This document shows, piece after piece, positions 1 to 7,847 of a stretch of DNA of 24,843 bases. The DNA lies in contig CAZUFC010000116.1 in NCBI GenBank assembly GCA_964619725.1, positions 1-24,843 on the forward strand, written 5' to 3'. The DNA is from an uncultured bacterium (lineage in GTDB: Bacteria; CSSED10-310; CAZUFC01). Under the pieces are notes generated by a model. The model worked only from the letters and a program-made list of their open reading frames with translations, made no database searches and had not been told where the DNA came from. Position numbers and translations under genes: made by a program. Positions within the stretch are counted from its first letter, which is position 1, and each line of letters starts with the position of its first letter.

Positions 1-86
1 ATGGTAAGGATTTGCGAGGCAGGGGCGGCGCTTATACTTTGACTGAGCAAATCCGCAGCCTGATGCAGTATTGGGAAAAATTCGCC

Positions 87-105
87 GTTTATGGACAAAA
101 ACTAG
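87..105. repeat. Isolated end of repeat family A (GTTTATGGACA...ACTAG)
   Basis: gtttatggacaaaaactag resembles gtttatggacagacactag at 3709-3727. Confidence 0.55.
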
Positions 106-107
106 CG

Positions 108-162
108 AGTGTCTGTCCACAAACTCGAATCTCGATTCAAAATTTAATGCTGGACAGCCACT
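108..162 (+). repeat. 55-bp MITE-like element, family A
   Basis: Reverse complement of 3671-3725 with 1 mismatch. Its own ends are imperfect inverted repeats (AGTGTCTGTCCA / TGGACAGCCACT) and it ends in CTAG. Confidence 0.85.
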
Positions 163-258
163 AGCGAAATAAACTTTGATGAATTTAACGGTTCATAAAA
201 CATTTCTGCGGCTTTGATAAACGGATTCAGTAGATTCGTTGTTGCTTTCCCTTTATTT

Positions 259-404
259 TATAATAAATTAGGAAATTAAATAGTAAACGGCGACGACCAT
301 AGAAAAAACTAAAAAAAAATTTTTGTAAAATTCTAAATTGAGCAGGATTTCTTATTTAGAGAATGATTCCTTTTATAAGGGCGATATTTTCAGGAGGAAG
401 GAAT
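259..404 (+). promoter_or_regulatory. Conserved upstream element, copy 1
   Basis: Colinear blocks shared with 7555-7699: TATAATAA, CCATAGAAAAAA, TTTTGTAAAATT, TTAGAGAA-GATTCCTTT, AAGGAAT. Confidence 0.65.
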
Positions 405-606
405 TGACGAGGGGAAAATTTTTCGTTGTTGATCGACCAGCCGTGAATTGCAGAAATTTTCGTCTTCATGGTGATTTCCGGTTTGTTGACGTCGAATGCA
501 AACCGACGATCTGCGAAAAACGATTGAGGCTGCCGGCGACGGCATTTTCTAATGTGATTGAAAGGAGTTGTAAAAATGAAAAAGTATAATAAATAAAGAA
601 AAATTG

Positions 607-679
607 GAGACTGATCAAACCGGGATCACACTTCTTTCAAAACGTTTTACAGTTTGTTTCAGTAATCGGAATCGGCATC
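607..679 (+). repeat. Repeat family B copy (GGG[A/T]CTGATCAAAC end)
   Basis: ctgatcaaaccgggatcacacttctttcaaaacgttttacagtttgtttcagtaatcgg aligns with the copy at 17173 and with the reverse complement of the arm ending at 17919. Confidence 0.85.
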
Positions 680-822
680 TTTCGATACGGGTATGAATCA
701 TAATCACGGACAATCTGAAATGACCGTCCGCCAAGTGTATTAAAATTTCTGAAGGAACGTCTTGTTAATCTGTTGAGTTTCTTTACATCAGAGTTTCAGC
801 AAACTCGCAAAAAGGAGGCAAA

Positions 823-3234
823 ATGAAGAAAATCACATTTGATGTAAAATTATCGGTTCTGATGATATCGGTGATTTGGATATGCGTGGGTGTTCCGGGA
901 GCTGTTTACGGCGATACGCTGGATTGGAATGATTGCATGGGAATATTGCGTTTTGACGGTTTCTGTCAGGAGAATTCTCATCGAAGCCTGATGCCTGATG
1001 CTCCGGGAGGCTGTCAGTATTATCCGCCGGGTTGGGCTCCTTCGTCGCTGTGTTTTCGCATAGAGGTATTACAAACCTTGGAGGACCCTGTAGCGCTGAC
1101 ATTCATAAGTTATAAGATTAATCATGTATGTCCGGGCTCCTCCTCTCATAATAACCTGGTTATTCCGGGGTATCCATTGATCTGCGGCGATATACTGAAC
1201 GATTATCTGCATCAGACTCCAATTCAGGATTGCAACCTGGGAAATTTGAATGCGACTGAGATTGAACGTTTTTGCGAATACCTGCCTGAGGGTACGGCGC
1301 CGGGATTTTATGAATATGACGTTTATCCGCAAGCCAATTATGACCGCGGTTATTATCATGTTGTCGTTGTGGGCAGTCAGAACTGCGAAAGTGAAGAATT
1401 TTTATGTGGAACAGGAGACCTTGTGCTTTTAGCTCGAGCAACGCCGACTCCCACGCCTACGAAATCTCCTTTGCCGACGCTTACTCCGACTCCCACGCCC
1501 ATTGATTACAATAGAATCAGGAATCCGGGATTCGAGGAACCAGGATTGTCTCAATGGCATGTTCAGGGGGCCGGCGGACTGAATGCATCAAAAGACTTCT
1601 CGGTCGCATTCGAAGGTCAAGCATCATGCAGACTTCATAAGTTTGGCCCTACAAGCCTGCATAGTGTGCTTTGGCAGAATATTGTAGATTCGGTTGATCC
1701 TTCCAGGCAGTATGAGTTGAAGTTATGGGTGCGTGATCAAGATACGAACGGCAGAGTCAGGGCATGGATATATTACATGGACGAGTTTGGCCATTATACT
1801 TGGATTTCGCCATACACCGAATATTCTTCTGATTCTTCTCAATGGCAGTTACTGCGAAGAGTTCACAAACCCCCTATAAATTCACGTAAAGCCAGGGTGA
1901 GAATCAAAATCTATAATGACAATAATCAACCGGCGACATTGCATATCGACGCAGTATCATACAGGTTGTGGCGGCCGTCTCCTACGCCTACGCCGACTAT
2001 GACGCCGACATTCACGCCCACATTTACATTTACTTCGACTCCTTCTCCGACTCCTGAACCTCCAACCCCGACTCCATTCCCCACGCCTTCATGCGGAGAA
2101 AACATTATACTGAATGCTTCTCTGGAAGAATGGAATTTCAGCGGTCCGGGAGGACCTCCGGACTTTTGGCAATATTCGGCCTATTCCGGTTTTCAGGTCA
2201 GCCGCTGTGACTCTGTGGTATATGAGGGTAATTTCTCCGGCGAGGTAATAAAGGAGTCGAAATACAACAGGGATTTTTACCAGGAAGCGGTTTACCCAAT
2301 CAATCCATATTCGCTTCATCATTTCTCAGTACAACTTATCGACAAAACGGATTCAGGCAGATGCCGAATATTCATACGATGGCGCAATGAAACGGGAGCC
2401 TGGCTGGGCAATTCCTATTCGGCTTACTCTGAGGACAGCCCCAATTGGCAAGCGCTCACAGTGGAAGCTGATCCCCCTGATGAAGCCTGGTACGCGACTG
2501 CGGTCGTCAGATTCTACGGTTACTTCGAGACAACTCAAGGGATCATTGACGACTTCCATTTCTATGAGATATGTTCCACACCGACTCCCGTTCCATGTCC
2601 GGGCGATATAGGCGATGTCGATCTCAGCGGTTCGATAACCTTCAATGATTGCATGCTTGCCTACAGAATATTCACAGGCGAATATGACCCTACTTATTGC
2701 GAAGAATTCAGAGCGGATGCGAACCAGAATTCAATTATCGATCCGGAAGACGTTGTTTGCATACTCCAGGAGGTGCTGGGCGAACCCAACAATTGCTTCA
2801 CAGACGGTGTATTCACCTCCAGCTTTAAACCGGTTCTAGTCGGCGATGAATCGCCATATTTGTTCAAAATTAAAAGAGACCCCTTCGAGGCCGGCATTTT
2901 GAATTGCGAGCTTATTACTGAAGAAGATTTGACCTATGATGAATACCTGAAAATCGATGTAGCTATAGATACCTCTGTTGCAATGTTCTCAGACGCTATG
3001 GAGGCGAGTGAAGGAATTGCCCAATCTGAATTTGCCGTTCAAAAAACTATTGATGAAGGACATAAAAGCTTCATGAAAATTTTCGCTGACCAGCCGTACC
3101 AGGTTAAAGCAGGTGAGATAATCTTGAATTTCAATCTGAAATTGACTGAAAATGAAATTGAAGGAAATCCGAAATTCATTGAAGCGTCGATTGATGACGG
3201 TAATTTATCCCTCATAAAGGAGGAAATCATATAG
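823..3234 (+). CDS. Secreted modular protein: signal peptide, Cys-rich N-terminal domain, Pro/Thr linkers, two CBM4/9-like jelly-roll domains, dockerin-like EF-hand pair
   Basis: 803-aa ORF with AGGAGG RBS and hydrophobic N-terminus; TPTP linkers; NRIRNPGFE...IDAV and NIILNASLE...IDDF domains; GDVDLSGSITFND...ADANQNSIIDPED. Confidence 0.85.
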   Translation: MKKITFDVKLSVLMISVIWICVGVPGAVYGDTLDWNDCMGILRFDGFCQENSHRSLMPDAPGGCQYYPPGWAPSSLCFRIEVLQTLEDPVALTFISYKINHVCPGSSSHNNLVIPGYPLICGDILNDYLHQTPIQDCNLGNLNATEIERFCEYLPEGTAPGFYEYDVYPQANYDRGYYHVVVVGSQNCESEEFLCGTGDLVLLARATPTPTPTKSPLPTLTPTPTPIDYNRIRNPGFEEPGLSQWHVQGAGGLNASKDFSVAFEGQASCRLHKFGPTSLHSVLWQNIVDSVDPSRQYELKLWVRDQDTNGRVRAWIYYMDEFGHYTWISPYTEYSSDSSQWQLLRRVHKPPINSRKARVRIKIYNDNNQPATLHIDAVSYRLWRPSPTPTPTMTPTFTPTFTFTSTPSPTPEPPTPTPFPTPSCGENIILNASLEEWNFSGPGGPPDFWQYSAYSGFQVSRCDSVVYEGNFSGEVIKESKYNRDFYQEAVYPINPYSLHHFSVQLIDKTDSGRCRIFIRWRNETGAWLGNSYSAYSEDSPNWQALTVEADPPDEAWYATAVVRFYGYFETTQGIIDDFHFYEICSTPTPVPCPGDIGDVDLSGSITFNDCMLAYRIFTGEYDPTYCEEFRADANQNSIIDPEDVVCILQEVLGEPNNCFTDGVFTSSFKPVLVGDESPYLFKIKRDPFEAGILNCELITEEDLTYDEYLKIDVAIDTSVAMFSDAMEASEGIAQSEFAVQKTIDEGHKSFMKIFADQPYQVKAGEIILNFNLKLTENEIEGNPKFIEASIDDGNLSLIKEEII

Positions 3235-3257
3235 CAGAAGGAATCAATGTATTTTTA

Positions 3258-3299
3258 TTATTCCTCCGCCACGTGACGAAACGCGTGGCGGAGGAATAA
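3258..3299. repeat. 16-bp perfect stem hairpin downstream of the first gene
   Basis: TTATTCCTCCGCCACG-(10 nt)-CGTGGCGGAGGAATAA. No U-tract follows on either strand, so a terminator role is uncertain. Confidence 0.75.
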
Positions 3300-3307
3300 A
3301 AAATTCA

Positions 3308-3634
3308 GGAGTGATCAAAACGGGAATAAACTTTCTTCAAAACGGTTGACTGTTTGTTCAGGTAATCGGGGTCGGGATAGAAAAAATGGGCGCTGATCAA
3401 AAATGGCCATGTCAGAATTACAATTTCTCAGTTTGAATCCTTCGTGCTCGCGTTCAGGGCAGCGGTAATCGTAATCGAAACATGGGGCTGATCTGTACAA
3501 TCGTTTGAAATCATAGTAGGGCAATTATTTGAATCGATCGATTGCGATTACGATCACGAGTGCCGCTCCGCCTGGCGCTAAAGTTCTTTTTGAGTATCGA
3601 GATCACAACTTTTAACACCTGTTTGATCAGTCCC
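3308..3634. repeat. Degenerate family B element with opposed ends
   Basis: Starts ggagtgatcaaaacggg...ctttcttcaaaacggttgactgtttgttcaggtaatcggggtcggg and ends gtttgatcagtccc; internal ATCG-type hexamer tracts. Confidence 0.7.
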
Positions 3635-3670
3635 AGGATTTTTCTAGTTCGTTTTTGGATCAAAAACTCA

Positions 3671-3725
3671 AGTGGCTGTCCAGCATTAAATTTTGAATCG
3701 AGATTCGAGTTTATGGACAGACACT
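3671..3725 (-). repeat. 55-bp MITE-like element, family A, inverted copy
   Basis: 54/55 identical to the reverse complement of 108-162; ends in CTAG at 3724-3727. Confidence 0.85.
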
Positions 3726-3754
3726 AGAGCGAAAAATTTTGTAATCGATTTTGC

Positions 3755-3783
3755 TTGACAATTTTCATTTATGAAGGGATACT
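3755..3783 (+). promoter_or_regulatory. Putative sigma70-type promoter of the TPR-CHAT gene
   Basis: TTGACA-17 bp-GATACT, 100 bp upstream of the ATG. Confidence 0.5.
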
Positions 3784-3883
3784 TTCAGGGATTACAATTT
3801 ATATTTGGAATCCTTGAAAGGAAGGTCCGATAATTCATGCCCGGCACGTTGACGTTTCAAAAAAAACAAAAAGGAATTTCACT

Positions 3884-6800
3884 ATGGAAGAATTATTGAA
3901 ACGGTTCATGGAGGCGCGGATAAGGCTCATCAAATACAGGACGGTTCTGGAGCGCCCTGAGCTGGTGAGCCGTGAATGCGTGGAGGTGTTGAAGAAGCAT
4001 CGGCGACGGGCCTGGGAGGAAAGAGATTATAAAGATATCCAGAAACTATCCGAGGAAATATTTTTATTGGAGGGTTGCCTGGAGCATGGGGTTGAAATGA
4101 TGTTTTTCGGATGGGGGGGAGGAGAGAAACGGAAATTGAATCTTGAAGTTCCCGAGGAGATGGAATGGAAATTGAGTGAAGGGGTGAAATTTTTCGAGCC
4201 TGAGGAGATGGAGCAGAAGTTACGCATACTGGAGGAAGCTGCATTGATGGTTGAGGAGGAGAGAATGCCGGAGTTAGTTGCAGAGTTGCAGCGACTGACA
4301 GGCGACGTTTTGGCAGTGATTCACAAGGGTGATAGAGCTGAAAATATAGAGAAGGCTATTGAATATTACGAGCGATCGTTAAAAGTATTTAATCGAAATG
4401 ACTTTCCGTATTGTTGGGCAGTATTGCAGATTAATTTGGCTTACGCAAATAAAATCAGAATCCATGGTAAAAAGAGAGAAAACATTGAACGGGCGATACA
4501 TCACAACAGGTTGGCTTTGGAAGTATTCAGAAAGCGGGTATTTGTTCATGCGTGGGCATTTTCTCAGAATCAACGGGCGATGATTCACGCTCAGAGTTTT
4601 CACGGGGATACTAACCAGAACCTTGAAATGGCGATAGTTCACAACAATCTGGCATTGGAAGTTATAACATATGAAGAATTTCCTTTGGATTGGGCATACA
4701 TTCAAGGCAATTTAGGGGTTTTGTATATGGACCGCATCTGCGGGGACAAAGCTGAAAATATTGAACGAGCTATCCATCATATAGATTTGTCATTAAAGGT
4801 TCGAAGTCGTGAAGAATTTCCCGAAACGTGGGCGAGCAGTATAAACAATTTGGCCATCGCATATCTGGATCGCTTTTATGGCGACAGAGCGGAGAACGCG
4901 GAGCGAGCCATTAATTATTTTAAGTCGGCCCTGGAAGTGGTGACAAGAGAATTATTCCCTGATTTTTGGGGGACTATCCACCATAATTTAGCGCTGGCTT
5001 ATGGAGAGCGAGTATATGGTGATAAAGCGGAGAATATTGAGCGAGCTATTCAGTGTGAAGAATTAGCTTTGGAAGTTAGAACGCGCGATGTATATCCTGA
5101 GGATTGGGCGACCACCCGGAATAACTTGGCGAATTCTTATTTAAACAGAGTTGAAGGAGATCGTGATCAGAATTTGATGCTTGCTGTTCATCATTGTCAA
5201 AAGGCTTTAGAAATATTTAGGCGCGAGGAATTTCCCGTTGATTGGGCGAAGGCTAAACATAATCTTGGACTTGCATACGCATCCGTCAATCGGGGAGACA
5301 GAACAAAAAACATTGAATTTGCTGTTCGTTGCCTTCGACCTTGCCTGGAAATATATGACGTTCAAACGCTTGCAAGGCAAAAATTCGAGTTGATCTCAAT
5401 ACTGGTGAATATATATATTGAGCAAGAATCCATAGAAGAAGCGATTAAGATACTAGAGGAGCTGGATCATGCAGATCATTTGCTTCGTCAGAAAGAAATA
5501 ACAAGGAAAAGCAGTGAAAGTCGCATAGAGGAGACGTCAAGGCTTTATGCGTTGTCCGCCTGGTGCTCACTTAAAGTCGGCAATGTCGAGAGAGCATTAA
5601 ACCATATCGAAAGCGGCAAGGCTAACATGTTGAGACAGAGGATTCTGAGGGACCGCTCCTTGTTTTTATCGCTTAATCCTGATGATAAGCATGAGTATGA
5701 AACATTGGAACTGAAGCTGCGGTTTCTTGAAGCCGAGCAGGTTGGGGCAGGACCGGGTGATCGGGATATTTTACAGACGTCGGAAGAGATTCGCGAGGTA
5801 AGGAGTCGACTTGATGCTTTAACTGATAAAATACGCGAATATGAGCCGGAATTTCTGTCTGAGGGGTTGAATTTCGAAGAAATGCAAAAATGTCTATGCA
5901 GCGGGGAGGATAAGGCGATCATTTCATTTGTAATCACCGAGTATGGTTCGGGGGCCGTTATTTTATCGGGTAGGCCCGGAGCGCCGGTTACAAGGTCTGT
6001 TATTCGGGATGATTTTACAGACGAAACGCTGCGAGAATTCATTGAACTATGGACGGAAGAACTCAATAAATTGAAAGACCAATCCGATCATCAAAATGCA
6101 CGAAAGGAGTGGGGAAACTTTGTTGATCGATTCATGGGGGATTTGCATACAGCCCTTTTTGCACCCATCAAGCGACTCATTGATGCGATTGCACCGGAAT
6201 CTATTGTTATTATTCCGCATAAATCTCTTCATATTCTTCCGCTGCATCTGCTGAATTATATGAAAAACGGCGAGAGAAGATATCTTCTGGAGGATTATGA
6301 GATAAGCTTTTCGCCTTCGTTAAATATGTTGCATCATAAGAGGAAAAAGAGAGAGCGGGTTGCCGTTGCTTTTCTTGCAGCGGCCGATCCGACGGGAGAC
6401 CTTCCCTGGAGTCGTGAGGAGGTCAGGAATACGGCGTGCTATTTTGAACATAGAACTGTTTTAGAAGGCGCTGAAGCTCGTATAGAGAATATCCTCAAGT
6501 CAGCGTCCGGCTCAGGTGTAATCCATTTAGCGTGTCACGGCGAATACGATATGATCGATCCTTATCGGTCGCGGCTCCTTATGGCGCTCCCGGAAGAAAA
6601 TATTCCCGATCGCATTGAAAAAAAAGCATGTCAGGCTTCAACTGCAGTTAGAACAAAAGAAGAACAGAGGGTATACGAGATAATGAGCTTGGGCGATGGG
6701 GAAACCGAAATGCTTGAATACAACGTCAGGGGGGCGATAAAATCGCGCACCAGGACTTTCGATGACGGAAGGATGCTTGAAATTGAACCTGATGGAGATC

Positions 6801-7162
6801 GACCGATAGGAGAGCCTTGGACCCTGGGCAGAATTCTGAAAGAATTGAGACTGCAGGAAACTTATCTGGCGGTGCTCTCCGCCTGTGAATCAGGGATCGT
6901 CGACATCAGGAATCTTCCCGACGAATGCATAGGCCTGCCTGCAGGATTCTTGGCCGCCGGCGCTGAAAATGTGGTCAGTACATTATGGAAAGTGTCCGAT
7001 GAAAGCGCATGCCGGTTAATGAAAATCTTCTACCAAAATTTGATGGACAAGAAAATGGCGCCGGCGGAAGCCTTACGCAAGGCGCAATTGTTTTTGCGAT
7101 CACGGAAAAAATACGCTAATCCCTTCTTTTGGGGAGCTTTTCAGGTGTCAGGAAGGGGATGA
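3884..7162 (+). CDS. TPR-CHAT domain protein (caspase-like cysteine protease, HetF/CHAT family)
   Basis: Eight 46-aa TPR-like repeats starting at 4328 with a 138-bp period; CHAT motifs IIPHKSLHILPLH, IHLACHG (His885), VLSACES (Cys1001), VVSTLWKVSD and PFFWGAF. Confidence 0.93.
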   Translation: MEELLKRFMEARIRLIKYRTVLERPELVSRECVEVLKKHRRRAWEERDYKDIQKLSEEIFLLEGCLEHGVEMMFFGWGGGEKRKLNLEVPEEMEWKLSEGVKFFEPEEMEQKLRILEEAALMVEEERMPELVAELQRLTGDVLAVIHKGDRAENIEKAIEYYERSLKVFNRNDFPYCWAVLQINLAYANKIRIHGKKRENIERAIHHNRLALEVFRKRVFVHAWAFSQNQRAMIHAQSFHGDTNQNLEMAIVHNNLALEVITYEEFPLDWAYIQGNLGVLYMDRICGDKAENIERAIHHIDLSLKVRSREEFPETWASSINNLAIAYLDRFYGDRAENAERAINYFKSALEVVTRELFPDFWGTIHHNLALAYGERVYGDKAENIERAIQCEELALEVRTRDVYPEDWATTRNNLANSYLNRVEGDRDQNLMLAVHHCQKALEIFRREEFPVDWAKAKHNLGLAYASVNRGDRTKNIEFAVRCLRPCLEIYDVQTLARQKFELISILVNIYIEQESIEEAIKILEELDHADHLLRQKEITRKSSESRIEETSRLYALSAWCSLKVGNVERALNHIESGKANMLRQRILRDRSLFLSLNPDDKHEYETLELKLRFLEAEQVGAGPGDRDILQTSEEIREVRSRLDALTDKIREYEPEFLSEGLNFEEMQKCLCSGEDKAIISFVITEYGSGAVILSGRPGAPVTRSVIRDDFTDETLREFIELWTEELNKLKDQSDHQNARKEWGNFVDRFMGDLHTALFAPIKRLIDAIAPESIVIIPHKSLHILPLHLLNYMKNGERRYLLEDYEISFSPSLNMLHHKRKKRERVAVAFLAAADPTGDLPWSREEVRNTACYFEHRTVLEGAEARIENILKSASGSGVIHLACHGEYDMIDPYRSRLLMALPEENIPDRIEKKACQASTAVRTKEEQRVYEIMSLGDGETEMLEYNVRGAIKSRTRTFDDGRMLEIEPDGDRPIGEPWTLGRILKELRLQETYLAVLSACESGIVDIRNLPDECIGLPAGFLAAGAENVVSTLWKVSDESACRLMKIFYQNLMDKKMAPAEALRKAQLFLRSRKKYANPFFWGAFQVSGRG

Positions 7163-7554
7163 GGAAAGCCGATGAATCAGCCGTCGAATTCTCAGGACTG
7201 GCAGCCTTTTCTGACAAGCTTCAATTTCATTCCTGTTTTCTGAGAAATTAAAGCGTCAAGAAGTTAAGATGGATTCTCCAGCAAATATAAGCAAGAAAAA
7301 CCGATTTATGTCCAAAAGGTTCATACCCCCCTTCAGGCCGTTCTTTGATTTCTCCATGATGTTCTCAGTTCCTGAATTCTGACATGCTAAATGTTTTTTT
7401 CAGAATAATTCGGCCTTATTCTTTCTTTTTTTCATATGAATGCGTGAAATTTTGATTTGAGCCTTAATTGTTTGATGGATTTCACATTAAAAACAGTCAT
7501 GCCGATCGGTTCGATTCGGTGTCCCTGATTCTATTACCGTTTTTCTTCTTTTCT

Positions 7555-7699
7555 TATAATAAGTTAAGGAAATAGAAAAAGTCGACGATAGCCATAGAAA
7601 AAAACTGAGAAAAAGATTTTGTAAAATTTGCGTTTTATGGGGGTTCCTCAATTAGAGAAAGATTCCTTTAGGAGGCAGATAATTTCTGGAGAAAGGAAT
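7555..7699 (+). promoter_or_regulatory. Conserved upstream element, copy 2
   Basis: Same blocks as 259-404 at near-identical offsets from TATAAT (62/62, 97/97, 139/138). Confidence 0.65.
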
Positions 7700-7847
7700 A
7701 GCAGAGTGCATAAAATTTCGGAGTTAAACGAGAGTGTGAAGATCGTTTTTTTTCCAGTCGGTTTGGCTTGGCAGCGCCTGTCGGACCCGGAATGCCGGAG
7801 CGGACAAAGGCTGGTTTAAGAAAAAAAATTGTATAAAGGGGAGGAGC

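Noticed and set aside
338-589. 83-aa ORF, and the analogous 63-aa ORF at 7628-7819
   Set aside because: Both have TTG starts without an RBS. Their brief similarity (LENDSF/LEKDSF) is explained by the shared DNA element, though a leader peptide is not strictly excluded.
3258-3299. Canonical intrinsic terminator
   Set aside because: Strong stem, but followed by A-rich sequence on both strands, so recorded only as a hairpin.
7290-7335. Similarity to 17068-17115 (caaaag...ataccccc)
   Set aside because: Too short and low in complexity to support homology.
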